A DNA stretch of 64,000 bases from an uncultured Gemmatimonadales bacterium (lineage in GTDB: Bacteria; Gemmatimonadota; Gemmatimonadetes; Longimicrobiales; RSA9), in assembly GCA_963783305.1 (NCBI GenBank), contig CAWAMW010000016.1, positions 672,001 to 736,000 on the forward strand, read 5' to 3'. The notes beneath the pieces were generated by a model that was not told where the DNA came from, did not search any database, and worked only from the letters and a program-made list of their open reading frames with translations. The position numbers and the translations under genes were made by a program. Positions 18,340-28,691 of this stretch are shown one piece after another (position 1 is the first letter of the stretch; the number at the start of each line of letters is the position of its first letter).

Positions 18340-18741
18340 ATGGCTCGACATCGAATCAAGCGCGTCAACGAGCAGCTCCGGCGCGAGATCTCCCGGCTCC
18401 TGGTGGGCGAGGTACGGGACCCGCGCGTGGGCTCCGTCACGGTGACCCGCGTCTCCGCCGCGCCCGATCTCACCCTCGCCCGCGTCTTCGTGCAGCTCCT
18501 GGGAGATGAGGAGGAGCGAAAGACGACGATGCAGGGGCTCGAGGGCGCCACCCCGTTCATCCGCTCTGCCCTGGCCGACCGCATCGAGATGCGGCGGGTG
18601 CCCGAGCTCCGGTTCGAGATCGATGAGAGCCTGGAGCATGCGCTCCGGATCGAGCGCCTGCTCTCGGAAGCCGCCATGGGCGAGGACCGGGAGGACGAGT
18701 CGCCGGAGGACGAGTCGCCGGGGGACGAGTCGTTGGCATGA
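18340..18741 (+). CDS. rbfA: Ribosome-binding factor A
   Basis: RIKRVNEQLRREIS, VRDPRV, RRVPELRF. Confidence 0.95.
   Translation: MARHRIKRVNEQLRREISRLLVGEVRDPRVGSVTVTRVSAAPDLTLARVFVQLLGDEEERKTTMQGLEGATPFIRSALADRIEMRRVPELRFEIDESLEHALRIERLLSEAAMGEDREDESPEDESPGDESLA
18691..18735 (+). repeat. 15-bp tandem repeat x3 in the rbfA tail (EDESP)
   Basis: GAGGACGAGTCGCCG twice, then GGGGACGAGTCGTTG. Confidence 0.85.
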
Positions 18742-19598
18742 CGGGGGTCCTGCCCGTGGACAAGCCGGCCGGGCCGTCTTCCCACGACATCGTGGGCGCC
18801 GCGCGCCGGGCATTCCACATGCGCCGGATTGGGCATACCGGGACGCTCGACCCGTTCGCTACGGGGCTGCTCCTTCTCTGCCTCGGTTCCGCGACGCGTC
18901 TGGCGGAATACCTGACCGGGATGGACAAGGAGTACGAGGCCACGGCCCGGCTGGGTGTCACCACGGATACACTGGACCACACGGGCGCGGTGACCGCGGA
19001 GGTTGCCGAGCTGCCGGCGCTGGACGCTCGTCGGGTCCGCGAGGCCTTCGAAGAGCAGGTCGGGCCACGGCTGCAGACGCCGCCGGTGTACTCCGCCAAG
19101 AAGATCGAGGGGCGGCGCGCATACGAGCTGGCGCGCGCGGGCGAGGCGGTGGTCCCGGACCCGGTGGAAGTGGCGATCCACGAGCTCGAGGTGACCGCCT
19201 GCGAGGGTGCCGAGGTCCGGTTCCGGATGCGCTGCTCGAGCGGGACCTACGTCCGGGCCGTGGCCCGGGACGCTGGCGAGGTGCTTGGCGTGGGGGCGCA
19301 CCTCACATCGCTCCGCCGGACGGCAGTGGGCGGGTTCCGGGTGGAGGGCGCGCTCACACTGGCCGCGCTGGAAGAACGAGCGGCGGTGGAATCGGCCCTG
19401 ATCACGCCACTGGAGGCGCTGGCGCACCTGCCGGTCCGGGAGTTGAGCGAAGAGGAGCGCCGGCGGGTGGGCCACGGGCAACGGCTGTCAGCCGAGGGGG
19501 AACAGTCCGGTCTGCTGGCGCTGGTGGTGGGGGAAGAGCTGGTGGCAGTGGCGGAATCCGACGGGCGGACGGTCCGACCCCGGAAGGTGTTCGCGTGA
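18738..19598 (+). CDS. truB: tRNA pseudouridine(55) synthase
   Basis: VDKPAG, GHTGTLDPFATG, CSSGTYVR. Confidence 0.96.
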   Translation: MTGVLPVDKPAGPSSHDIVGAARRAFHMRRIGHTGTLDPFATGLLLLCLGSATRLAEYLTGMDKEYEATARLGVTTDTLDHTGAVTAEVAELPALDARRVREAFEEQVGPRLQTPPVYSAKKIEGRRAYELARAGEAVVPDPVEVAIHELEVTACEGAEVRFRMRCSSGTYVRAVARDAGEVLGVGAHLTSLRRTAVGGFRVEGALTLAALEERAAVESALITPLEALAHLPVRELSEEERRRVGHGQRLSAEGEQSGLLALVVGEELVAVAESDGRTVRPRKVFA

Positions 19599-20530
19599 GC
19601 CACGCCATCGACCTCTCCATCCCGCCCGGATTCCCGCAAAGTCATCCCGGGACGGTGGTGACGGTGGGCACGTTCGATGGGGTCCATCGCGGCCACTGGG
19701 AAGTGCTCGAGGCGGTGCGGGCGCGGGCGGGACAGGTGGGACTGCCCGCGGTGCTCGTGACGTTCCACCCGCACCCCCTCTGGATCGTCCGCCCCGACCA
19801 CGCCCCCCTGCTCCTCACCACACCCCTGGAGAAGAAGGAGATCCTGGCGGAGTCGGCGCTCGATTACGCCGTGTTCCTCCCCTTCACCCACGAGCTCAAG
19901 AACTACTCTCCCGAGCGGTTCGTGGAGGAGATCCTCATGGGCCGGCTCCGGATGAAGCATCTGGTCATCGGCTACGACCACGGCTTTGGCCACGGCCGAT
20001 CGGGGGACGTGGGTACGCTGAGGGAGATCGGTGCACGGCTCGGCTTCGGCGTGCACGTCGTGGACGCGTACCGCACCAACGGCGGGGCCGTCTCCTCCAC
20101 CCGGATCCGGGAGGCGCTGCTGGACGGACGCGTCGAGGAGGCCGCCCGTGGGCTGGCGCGGCCGTATTCCATCCGCGGCACCGTGGTGCGGGGCGAGGGA
20201 CGCGGCAAGCTGCTCGGCTTCCCGACGGCGAACATCCAGGTGACCGACGCGCAGAAGCTGTTGCCGAAGGAGGGCGTGTACGCTGTGATGGCGACGGTGC
20301 GGCGCGGCAGCCTGCCCGGGGTGCTCCATCTGGGCCCGAGACCCACGTTCCGGGGGTCGCCGCCCTCCATCGAGCTGCACCTGTTCGACTGGGACGAGGA
20401 CGTGTACGGTGAGAGCGTCCGGGTCGAGTTCCACGCCCGCATCCGCGACATCCACCGGTTCGCCAACCGGGACGAACTGGTGGCGGCGATCCAGGACGAC
20501 TGCGCGAGGGCGCGGGAGGCGCTGAGCTGA
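19595..20530 (+). CDS. ribF: Bifunctional riboflavin kinase/FAD synthetase
   Basis: GTFDGVHRGH, VSSTRIRE, GFPTAN; GTG start overlapping the truB stop. Confidence 0.95.
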   Translation: MSHAIDLSIPPGFPQSHPGTVVTVGTFDGVHRGHWEVLEAVRARAGQVGLPAVLVTFHPHPLWIVRPDHAPLLLTTPLEKKEILAESALDYAVFLPFTHELKNYSPERFVEEILMGRLRMKHLVIGYDHGFGHGRSGDVGTLREIGARLGFGVHVVDAYRTNGGAVSSTRIREALLDGRVEEAARGLARPYSIRGTVVRGEGRGKLLGFPTANIQVTDAQKLLPKEGVYAVMATVRRGSLPGVLHLGPRPTFRGSPPSIELHLFDWDEDVYGESVRVEFHARIRDIHRFANRDELVAAIQDDCARAREALS

Positions 20531-20695
20531 GCTGGAGCGGCGCGGTCTGAAGGCGCGGTGCAGAGCGCGATCCCGCGGTTGCCGCTGGCCGCGGGGGCTT
20601 GTCGGCAGGCGGCGGTGCATATACGTTTCACGACTGTTCTATATCAGGAAGCACGCTTCCCGATCAGCGAAAGTCTCTCGCGGAGGCAACGAAGG

Positions 20696-20956
20696 ATGAG
20701 CATCGACAAGACGAGCATCATCGAGAAGTACCAGCTCCACCCGACCGACCGGGGGAGCACTCCGGTCCAGATCGCGATCCTCACGGCACGAATCAACGAT
20801 CTTCGGGACCACTTCCGTGCGCACAAGCACGATCACCACAGTCGGCAGGGCCTCCTCAAGATGGTGGGGAAGCGTCGTCGTCTGCTGGATTATCTGCGGC
20901 GGCGAGACCTGGAGAAGTACCGGGAGCTGATTGCGGACCTGGGGCTGCGGCACTAG
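20696..20956 (+). CDS. rpsO: 30S ribosomal protein S15
   Basis: [16 protein letters not shown]...[25 protein letters not shown]. Confidence 0.97.
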   Translation: MSIDKTSIIEKYQLHPTDRGSTPVQIAILTARINDLRDHFRAHKHDHHSRQGLLKMVGKRRRLLDYLRRRDLEKYRELIADLGLRH

Positions 20957-20968
20957 GTCGGTGGTATG

Positions 20969-21000
20969 GACGGCCGCGTCGAGGAATCGGCGCGGCCGTC
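20969..21000 (+). other. Strong hairpin between rpsO and pnp
   Basis: 14-bp stem GACGGCCGCGTCGA/TCGGCGCGGCCGTC (one G-U pair), GGAA loop, no U tract. Confidence 0.7.
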
Positions 21001-21137
21001 TGAGCGATGCAGGGCGCGCGTGAGGGTACGCGTGAGGCGGCACGAGCGGCAGAAACCAAGACAGAGCGGGGCCTGTCGTGCCGAGGGGCACGGCGGGGCG
21101 GAATCGAGGCAAGAGAAAAAAAGGAAAGCAAGAGAGA

Positions 21138-23246
21138 ATGCACAGAGTCGAGAAGGAATTCGCCGGCCGGACGCTGGTGGTCGAGACGGGGAAGATGGCG
21201 CGTCAGGCGCAGGGGTCGTGTCTGATCCAGTACGGGGAGAGCACGGTGCTGGTGGCGGCCACGGTCCAGGACCGGCCGACGCACCTGCCCTTCTTCCCGC
21301 TGACGGTGGAGTACCGGGAGAAGATGTACGCCGCGGGCAAGTTCCCGGGCGGGTTCATCAAGCGTGAGGGTCGTCCGAGCGAGACGGAGGTCCTCGTGGC
21401 GCGGCAGATCGATCGGCCGATGCGCCCGCTGTTCCCGGACGGCTTCATGCACGAGACGCAGATCTACTGCTCCATCATCACGGCGGACCAGCAGAACAAC
21501 GCGGACATGCCGGCGATGTTCGGCGCGTCGCTGTCGTTGTGCATGTCGAAGATCCCGTTCGACACTCCGGTCGCCGGCGTGCGTGTGGGTCGCCTGAACG
21601 GGCAGTGGGTGCTGAACCCGACGTTCGAGCAGCTCGAGTACAGCGATGTGGACATGGTGGTGGCGGGTACGGAGCAGGCCATCACGATGGTGGAGGGCGG
21701 CGCGATGGAGGTGCCGGAGGACGAGCTGGTGGGCGCCCTCGAGGCGGCGCACCAGGGGATCAAGGAGCTGATCGGCATTCAGCGTGAGATCCTCTCGGCG
21801 CTCGAGATCCCGGAGCCCATGGAGTGGAGCCCGGCGGTGACCATCTCCGACGACCTGAAGGGCCGGGTCGAGGACCTGTCGGTGGCGCGGATGCAGGAAG
21901 CGCTGACGATCGCGGAGAAGACGGCGCGGAACGAGGCGGTGGCGACGCTGCGGGATGAGGTCATGGAGGCGCTCTCCGAGGACTTCCCGGAGGACGACGA
22001 CTCGAAGGCGATCAAGGAGCATTTCCGGGCCACGGAGAAGCGCGTCATGCGGCGCCGTGTGCTGGAGAGCAAGAAGCGGATCGACGGGCGCGGCCTGGAC
22101 GACCTCAGAGAGCTGTCGAGCGAGGTGGGGCTGCTGCCGCGGGTACACGGCTCGGCGCTGTTCACGCGGGGCCAGACGCAGGCGCTGGGCGTAGTGACGC
22201 TCGGGACGGGTGCGGACGAGCAGCGTGTGGACACGGTGGATACGCCGCCGGACACCTCGAAGTCGTTCATGCTCCATTACAACTTCCCGCCGTTCAGCGT
22301 GGGTGAGGCGCGGCCGATCCGCGGCACGAGCCGGCGAGAGCAGGGCCACGGTCATCTGGCGGAGCGGGCCATTCAGCCGCTGCTGCCCGCCTACGACGAC
22401 TTCCCGTACACGATACGGGTGGTGAGCGACGTGTTGGAGTCGAACGGTTCGAGCTCGATGGCGAGCGTGTGTGTGGCGAGCCTGTCGCTGATGGACGCGG
22501 GTGTGCCGATCAAGGCGCCGTGCGCCGGGATCGCCATGGGTCTGATCAAGGAGGGCGACGAGGTCGCGGTCCTGACGGACATCCTGGGCGTGGAGGACGC
22601 GCTCGGTGACATGGACTTCAAGGTGGCCGGCACGAGGGCGGGCGTCACGTCGATCCAGATGGACATCAAGATCGAGGGGCTGACGGTCGAGATCATGAAG
22701 GAGGCGCTGCGGCGGGCGAACGCGGCGCGCATGAAGATCCTGGACAACATGGAGCAGGCGATCGCGAATCCGCGCGAGGAGCTGAGTCAGTATGCGCCGC
22801 GGATCATCAGCATCATGATCAACCCGGAAAAGATCGGCGAGGTGATCGGACCGAAGGGGAAGACGATCCGTGGCATCCAGGAAGAGACGGGTGCGAAGAT
22901 CGACATCGACGACAGCGGCCTGGTCCGGATCTCGAGCCCTGGTGGCGAGGGCGGGGAGCGGGCGCGGCAGATGGTGGAGGCGATCACGGAAGACCCGGAG
23001 GTCGGGCGGATCTACGAGGGCGTGGTGAAGACCACCACGTCGTTCGGGGCGTTCGTCGAGATCATCCCGGGCACGGAGGGTCTCTGCCACATCTCCGAGC
23101 TGCAGGAGGAGCGGACGGAGAACACCGAGGACGTGCTGAAGGTGGGCGACGTCACGAAGGTGAAGCTGCTGGCGATCGACGAGAAGGGCCGTCTGCGCCT
23201 GTCGCGGAAGGCCGCGCTGGCCGAGCTGGCCCAGCAGGAGGCGTAG
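21138..23246 (+). CDS. pnp: Polyribonucleotide nucleotidyltransferase
   Basis: FFPLTVEYRE, HGSALFTRGQTQ, LESNGSSSMAS, GDMDFKVAGT, KH and S1 domains. Confidence 0.98.
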   Translation: MHRVEKEFAGRTLVVETGKMARQAQGSCLIQYGESTVLVAATVQDRPTHLPFFPLTVEYREKMYAAGKFPGGFIKREGRPSETEVLVARQIDRPMRPLFPDGFMHETQIYCSIITADQQNNADMPAMFGASLSLCMSKIPFDTPVAGVRVGRLNGQWVLNPTFEQLEYSDVDMVVAGTEQAITMVEGGAMEVPEDELVGALEAAHQGIKELIGIQREILSALEIPEPMEWSPAVTISDDLKGRVEDLSVARMQEALTIAEKTARNEAVATLRDEVMEALSEDFPEDDDSKAIKEHFRATEKRVMRRRVLESKKRIDGRGLDDLRELSSEVGLLPRVHGSALFTRGQTQALGVVTLGTGADEQRVDTVDTPPDTSKSFMLHYNFPPFSVGEARPIRGTSRREQGHGHLAERAIQPLLPAYDDFPYTIRVVSDVLESNGSSSMASVCVASLSLMDAGVPIKAPCAGIAMGLIKEGDEVAVLTDILGVEDALGDMDFKVAGTRAGVTSIQMDIKIEGLTVEIMKEALRRANAARMKILDNMEQAIANPREELSQYAPRIISIMINPEKIGEVIGPKGKTIRGIQEETGAKIDIDDSGLVRISSPGGEGGERARQMVEAITEDPEVGRIYEGVVKTTTSFGAFVEIIPGTEGLCHISELQEERTENTEDVLKVGDVTKVKLLAIDEKGRLRLSRKAALAELAQQEA

Positions 23247-23256
23247 CGAGGCCCGG

Positions 23257-24495
23257 TTGAGCGAAGATCGCATCGACCGGACAGAACTCGACGGAGGCCT
23301 GAGCGTCCTGACACAGCCCGTGTCGGGAGCGCGCTCGGCCTCCGTCGGCGTTTGGGTACGGTACGGCTCGGCGCACGAGGCGCCCGAGGAGCTGGGGGCG
23401 GCGCACCTTCTGGAGCACATGGTGTTCAAGGGCACCGGCCGGAGGACGGGTCGGGAGATCGCGGTGGTGCTGGAGCGACTGGGAGGGTCGCTGGACGCGT
23501 ACACATCGCGAGAGCACACGAGTTACCAGGCGCGGGTTCTGGACCAGGACCTCGACGTGGCGCTCGACGTGCTCGCCGACATGGTGACCGCGCCAAAGCT
23601 CGAGGAGGCCGACCTGGAGTTGGAGCGTGAGGTCGTGCTGGAGGAGATCTCCACCGTCGATGACACGCCGGACGACCTGGTATTCGAGCTCCACAACGCC
23701 GCGCTCTGGCCGGACCACTCGTACGGCCACAGCATCCTGGGAACCCGGCGATCGGTGTCGGGAATGACGGCCGCCGATCTGCGGTCGGCGCACCGCCGGG
23801 CGTACACGCGCCCAAACCTCATCCTGGCGGCGGCCGGAGCCGTAGACCACGCGCGGGTGGTGGCGGAGGCGGAGCGGCTGTTCGAGGGCGTGCCGAAAGG
23901 CGTTTCGGGCAGTACCTTGCCGGCGCCACCAGCGATAGACGCGGAGGACCGGCGGATCGAGCGGCCGGGTGCGCAGACGCACATCGTGACGGGGGGGCGG
24001 GCGATCGCGCACGGGGATCCGCGCCGATTCGCCATGGTGCTGCTGTCGAATGCAGTGGGCGGCGGCATGAGCTCCCGGCTGTTCCAGCGGGTGCGCGAGG
24101 AGTTGGGACTTGCATACGCGGTCTACACGTTCCAGTCCTTCTACCGCAGTGGCGGGATGTTCGGTGTGTACGTGGGGACACGTCCGGAGTGGGCGGATCG
24201 CGCGGTGGAGGTGATCCGGGAGGAGCTCCGTCGGGTGGCCGAAGAGGGACTGGCCGCGACGGAGTTGGAGGATGCGAAGAGCCAGCTCCGAGGGCAGATG
24301 GTGCTGGGGCTGGAGTCGCAGAGTGGGCGGGTGTACCGGCTGGCGCTGCAGGAGCTGTTCGACGAGCCGCGTCGCAGTCTGGACGAGCTCGTGGCGCGTG
24401 TGGATGCAGTGACCATGGATGAAACGATAGAGGTTGCGGCGGAGTTCCTGGACCCGGAGCGATGGCTCACGGTCCGGCTCGGCCCGGCCCTTTGA
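23257..24495 (+). CDS. M16 family zinc metallopeptidase
   Basis: HLLEHMVFKGT (HxxEH); GGGMSSRLFQRVRE. Confidence 0.92.
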   Translation: MSEDRIDRTELDGGLSVLTQPVSGARSASVGVWVRYGSAHEAPEELGAAHLLEHMVFKGTGRRTGREIAVVLERLGGSLDAYTSREHTSYQARVLDQDLDVALDVLADMVTAPKLEEADLELEREVVLEEISTVDDTPDDLVFELHNAALWPDHSYGHSILGTRRSVSGMTAADLRSAHRRAYTRPNLILAAAGAVDHARVVAEAERLFEGVPKGVSGSTLPAPPAIDAEDRRIERPGAQTHIVTGGRAIAHGDPRRFAMVLLSNAVGGGMSSRLFQRVREELGLAYAVYTFQSFYRSGGMFGVYVGTRPEWADRAVEVIREELRRVAEEGLAATELEDAKSQLRGQMVLGLESQSGRVYRLALQELFDEPRRSLDELVARVDAVTMDETIEVAAEFLDPERWLTVRLGPAL

Positions 24496-24508
24496 ACAGG
24501 AGTTTGAG

Positions 24509-25621
24509 ATGATCATTGGGGTCCCGAAGGAGATCAAGACGAACGAGAACCGGATCGCGCTGGTTCCGGCCGGGTCCGAGGCGCTGGCGCGCGCGGGCCA
24601 TACGGTGCTGGTGGAGCGTGGGGCCGGGGATGGTTCCGGGTTCACCGACGCGGCATACGAGTCCACCGGCGCAGAGCTGGTGGACACGGCCGATGAGGTC
24701 TGGGAACGCGCGGAAATGATCATGAAGGTGAAGGAGCCGATCGAGGTCGAGTGGCCGCGAATGCGTGCCGGCCAGGTCATCTTCACCTACTTCCATTTCG
24801 CGGCGGCGGAGTCCCTGACGCGTGCGGTGATAGAGTCGGGGGCCATCGCCAACGCGTACGAGACGGTCCAGCTGCCCACGGGCGAGCTGCCGCTCCTGAC
24901 GCCCATGAGCGAGGTGGCCGGTCGGATGGCGGTGCAGGAGGGCGCCAAGTACCTGGAGAAGTACTATGGCGGTCGTGGTGTCCTGCTGGGCGGTGTGCCG
25001 GGCGTAGAGCCGGCCACGGTGGTGGTGCTGGGCGGCGGCATCGTCGGGTCGCACGCGGCGCGGATGGCGGCGGGTCTGGGCGCCAACGTCGTGATCCTGG
25101 ATGTGTCGCTGAACCGGTTGCGCTACCTGTCCGAGGTCATGCCGGCCAACGTGATGATGATCTACTCGAACCGGCACAACATCCTGAGTTGGGCCGCGCG
25201 GGCCGACTTGCTGATCGGGGCGGTGCTGCTGCCGGGCGCCAAGGCGCCCAACCTGATCCAGCGGGAAGACCTGAAGCTGATGAAGGACGGCTCGGTGATC
25301 GTGGACGTGGCGGTGGACCAGGGCGGCTGCGTGGAAACGATCAAGCCTACCACGCACGAGAACCCGATCTACACCATTGATGGGGTGATCCACTACGCGG
25401 TGGCCAACATGCCGGGCGGCGTGGCGCGGACCTCGACGCTGGCGCTGACGAACGCCACCTTCCCGTACGCCCTCACGCTGGCGAACAAGGGGTGGAAGAA
25501 GGCGTGCCAGGACGACCGGGCGCTGGCGCTGGGTCTGAATGTCGTGGATGGCAAGGTTACGTACCCGGGCGTGGCGGAGGCCTTCGACCTCCCGTACTCG
25601 CCGGTCGAGGACGTGCTCTGA
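24509..25621 (+). CDS. ald: Alanine dehydrogenase
   Basis: [39 protein letters not shown]. Confidence 0.96.
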   Translation: MIIGVPKEIKTNENRIALVPAGSEALARAGHTVLVERGAGDGSGFTDAAYESTGAELVDTADEVWERAEMIMKVKEPIEVEWPRMRAGQVIFTYFHFAAAESLTRAVIESGAIANAYETVQLPTGELPLLTPMSEVAGRMAVQEGAKYLEKYYGGRGVLLGGVPGVEPATVVVLGGGIVGSHAARMAAGLGANVVILDVSLNRLRYLSEVMPANVMMIYSNRHNILSWAARADLLIGAVLLPGAKAPNLIQREDLKLMKDGSVIVDVAVDQGGCVETIKPTTHENPIYTIDGVIHYAVANMPGGVARTSTLALTNATFPYALTLANKGWKKACQDDRALALGLNVVDGKVTYPGVAEAFDLPYSPVEDVL

Positions 25622-25654
25622 CCCCCGGGGCCCTTCTGAAGGCGAGCCGGGGCC

Positions 25655-26113
25655 GTGGCCGTGCGTGAGCACGCCACGGTCCTGGTTCGTCGTCTGGAGA
25701 ACTACCCATCGGAGTGGGCGCTGCCGGACTACGCCACGCCGGGATCCGCCGCGGTGGACCTCCGGAACGCGGGTCCGACGGTCACGCTGGGACCGGGGGA
25801 GCGGCGGCTCATTCCCACTGGCCTGAGCATTGCTCTGCCGGTAGGCATGGAGGCGCAGGTTCGGCCGCGCTCCGGGCTGGCGATCCGCCAGGGGATTGGA
25901 CTCATCAACTCGCCTGGCACCATCGACAGCGACTACCGGGGCGAGATCGGAATCCCGCTCATCAACCACGATCAGGGCCCGCAGGAGATCGAGCATGGCG
26001 AGAGGATCGCCCAGCTGGTGCTCGCTCGTGTGGTGCGGATCGAATGGCGGGAGAGTGACGCGCTGCCAGCGAGCGAACGCGGCACGGGCGGCTTTGGCAG
26101 CACGGGCCGATAG
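25655..26113 (+). CDS. dut: dUTP diphosphatase
   Basis: RPRSGLA, GTIDSDYRGE, RGTGGFGSTG. Confidence 0.96.
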   Translation: MAVREHATVLVRRLENYPSEWALPDYATPGSAAVDLRNAGPTVTLGPGERRLIPTGLSIALPVGMEAQVRPRSGLAIRQGIGLINSPGTIDSDYRGEIGIPLINHDQGPQEIEHGERIAQLVLARVVRIEWRESDALPASERGTGGFGSTGR

Positions 26114-26240
26114 AGGGCCGGGGGCGGGTTGCTCTCGCTCCTGAGCGTGGATAGTTTCCACGCCCACGCCTGGGGGGTACTCCGGGCGTGTTCACGGTGC
26201 ACCCGAAGGGCCGGCGCAACGCCGGCGGGGAGACGATCCA

Positions 26241-27272
26241 CTGCCTAGTTGGTTCCAGTCCGGGCTTCTCCCGGTCAACGACATCGCGGTAGACCTCGGA
26301 ACGGCGAACACCCTCGTGTACGTGAAGGGCGAGGGCATCGTCCTGAACGAGCCGAGCGTGGTGGCCGTGGAGCGGGGGTCGAGCAAGATCAAGGGAATCG
26401 GTCTCGAGGCCAAGCGGATGCTGGGCCGGACCCCGGAAGGGATCATGGCCGTGCGTCCGCTGAAGGACGGCGTGATCGCCGATGTGGACATCACCGAGAT
26501 CATGCTCCGACACTTCCTGCGGCAGGTCACCTCGAAGCGGATCTTCCGGATCAAGCCGAGGGTGGTGGTGGGTGTGCCGAGTGGGATCACCGAGCTGGAG
26601 CGTCGAGCGGTGCGGGACAGCGCGGCGGCGTCGGGGGCGAAAGAGGTCTACATGGTGGCCGAGCCCATGGCGGCGGCGATCGGTGTGGGACTCCCAGTGG
26701 ATACCCCGACGGGCAACATGGTGATCGATATCGGCGGGGGTACCACGGAAATTGCAGTGATCGCTCTCAACGGCATCGTGAGTGACACATCGATCCGGGT
26801 TGGCGGGGACGAGATCGACAGCGCGATCGTGACGTTTCTGCGCAAGAACTACAACCTGCTGATCGGCGAGCCGACGGCGGAGGCGATCAAGATCCAGATC
26901 GGCTCCGCGTTCACGAGCGGCGAGGAGAGGGAGATGGACGTGAAGGGCCGGGACCTGGTGAGCGGGATCCCCAAGACGGTACGGGTGCACTCGCAGGAGA
27001 TCCGTGAGTGCATCCAGGAGCCGATCCAGCAGATTGTGGACGCAGTGCGTCGCGCGCTCGAGATCACGCCGCCGGAGCTGGCGTCGGACATCGTGGACCG
27101 GGGGATCGTGATGACGGGTGGTGGCGCGCTTATCCGGGGCCTGGACCAGCTGCTGGCGCACGAGACGAACCTGCCGATCCACGTGGACGAGGAGCCGTTG
27201 ACGTGTGTGGTGCGCGGTGCAGGGCGGATCCTCGACGACCTGCCTCGCTATCGCAGCGTGCTGACGACATGA
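26241..27272 (+). CDS. mreB: Rod shape-determining protein MreB (probable CTG start)
   Basis: IAVDLGTANTLVY lies upstream of the first canonical start; EPMAAAIG, DIGGGTTE, MTGGGAL. Confidence 0.95.
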   Translation: MPSWFQSGLLPVNDIAVDLGTANTLVYVKGEGIVLNEPSVVAVERGSSKIKGIGLEAKRMLGRTPEGIMAVRPLKDGVIADVDITEIMLRHFLRQVTSKRIFRIKPRVVVGVPSGITELERRAVRDSAAASGAKEVYMVAEPMAAAIGVGLPVDTPTGNMVIDIGGGTTEIAVIALNGIVSDTSIRVGGDEIDSAIVTFLRKNYNLLIGEPTAEAIKIQIGSAFTSGEEREMDVKGRDLVSGIPKTVRVHSQEIRECIQEPIQQIVDAVRRALEITPPELASDIVDRGIVMTGGGALIRGLDQLLAHETNLPIHVDEEPLTCVVRGAGRILDDLPRYRSVLTT

Positions 27273-27289
27273 GAGGCAGCTGACTCCAC

Positions 27290-28189
27290 GTGGTTGATTA
27301 TTTCGAAGGACCAGGGCGGGGACGATCTCGCAACATCGGAGTCGCCGTTCTTTTACTGGTCGTGGCATTCTTCCTCTACTTCCTCCCCCCGGAGTACCAG
27401 GGCGCCATCCGGCATGCGGTCCGGAGCACGGCCCTGTATCCGTTCATCTGGGGACAGGCGGAGCTGGGCTCCCGGGGAACACGCACGTTGGATGTGGGCG
27501 AGCTCCGCGCGGAGCGGGACTCGCTGCTGGCGGTGGTATCGGCCGAGGCGAGCCTGTCGGAGGAGAACCGGCGGCTGCGGCAGCTTCTGGGTCTGCGTGA
27601 ACGCGTTTCACGCGCCTTCGTGCCGGCTGAGGTGGTGTTGGTCGGGACCGATGGCGGCGCCGGCACGTTCTTCCTCGATGTGGGGCGAGCGGACGGGGTC
27701 GGAGTGGGTAGCCCCGTCGTGGCGTCGTCGGGGCTGCTTGGGGTCGTATGGGAGGTGGGTAGCCGTTGGTCGCAGGGCATCAACTGGACGAACCCCGATT
27801 TCCGCGCGAGCGCGATGACGGCGGAGGGTGAGGCGTATGGGATTGTGGAATCGCGGCGCGGTCGGTATCGGGAGGAGGACCGCCTCATCCTGGTGGGCGC
27901 GCCCTTCCACGTGGACGTGCAGCCGGGAACGCGAGTGGTGACGTCGGGCCGGGGGGGAGTGTACCCCCGGGGGATTCTGCTCGGAACGGTGCTGGGCGTC
28001 GAAGAGGCAGACACGGGGTGGCGGAAGAGCTATCTGCTGCTGCCGGCAGTGCGGCCCGAGTCTGTGGGGCACGTACTCGTGGGAGTACAGTCGGAGGACG
28101 GATACGGCGACCTATCACCACTCTGGACCGGCGGCGCGCCGGCGGCCGCGGCGCCGGACACAGCTCGTGACACCGAGGGTCTGCCATGA
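27290..28189 (+). CDS. mreC: Rod shape-determining protein MreC
   Basis: N-terminal TM, ENRRLRQLL coiled coil, VVTSGRGGVYPRGI; operon context. Confidence 0.92.
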   Translation: MVDYFEGPGRGRSRNIGVAVLLLVVAFFLYFLPPEYQGAIRHAVRSTALYPFIWGQAELGSRGTRTLDVGELRAERDSLLAVVSAEASLSEENRRLRQLLGLRERVSRAFVPAEVVLVGTDGGAGTFFLDVGRADGVGVGSPVVASSGLLGVVWEVGSRWSQGINWTNPDFRASAMTAEGEAYGIVESRRGRYREEDRLILVGAPFHVDVQPGTRVVTSGRGGVYPRGILLGTVLGVEEADTGWRKSYLLLPAVRPESVGHVLVGVQSEDGYGDLSPLWTGGAPAAAAPDTARDTEGLP

Positions 28190-28659
28190 AGACCGGCTGG
28201 GCGTTCTGGCTCTTCGTGGTTCTGCTCGTGGTGCTCCATTTCGCGCTCCACCTCACGCTCGGGATCGGCGCCTGGGCGCCCGACCTGCTGACGCTGGCGG
28301 TACTGCTCGCGGCGCGGCAGCTGCGGGGCGGCCCCGCGGCCGGCCTGGGCTTCGCCCTCGGTCTCCTCGAGGATGGCGTTTCCCTCGGCGCTTTCGGTGC
28401 CGCGGCCATGACGGAGACGGTGATCGGCTATCTCGGGGCCCGGTCCCGCGATCTGTTCGTAGGGGATAGCGTGCTCTTCCTCAGCCTCTACTTCTTCCTG
28501 GGTGCCTGGCTCCAGGATGGGCTATACTACTGGGTCGCTCCGGGGGTCCGCCGCGGAGAGCCGGTGGACGCCCTACTCATGCAGGCCCCGCTCGATGCGT
28601 TGTACGTCGCGGTGGCCGGTGTGGCGGCGATCCTGGTATACCGGACCCTGCGGCGTTAG
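28186..28659 (+). CDS. mreD: Rod shape-determining protein MreD
   Basis: Hydrophobic; PDLL...GFALGLLED; operon context. Confidence 0.88.
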   Translation: MKTGWAFWLFVVLLVVLHFALHLTLGIGAWAPDLLTLAVLLAARQLRGGPAAGLGFALGLLEDGVSLGAFGAAAMTETVIGYLGARSRDLFVGDSVLFLSLYFFLGAWLQDGLYYWVAPGVRRGEPVDALLMQAPLDALYVAVAGVAAILVYRTLRR

Positions 28660-28691
28660 CAGGGCGACCGATTCCCACAAGGAACAGCCGC

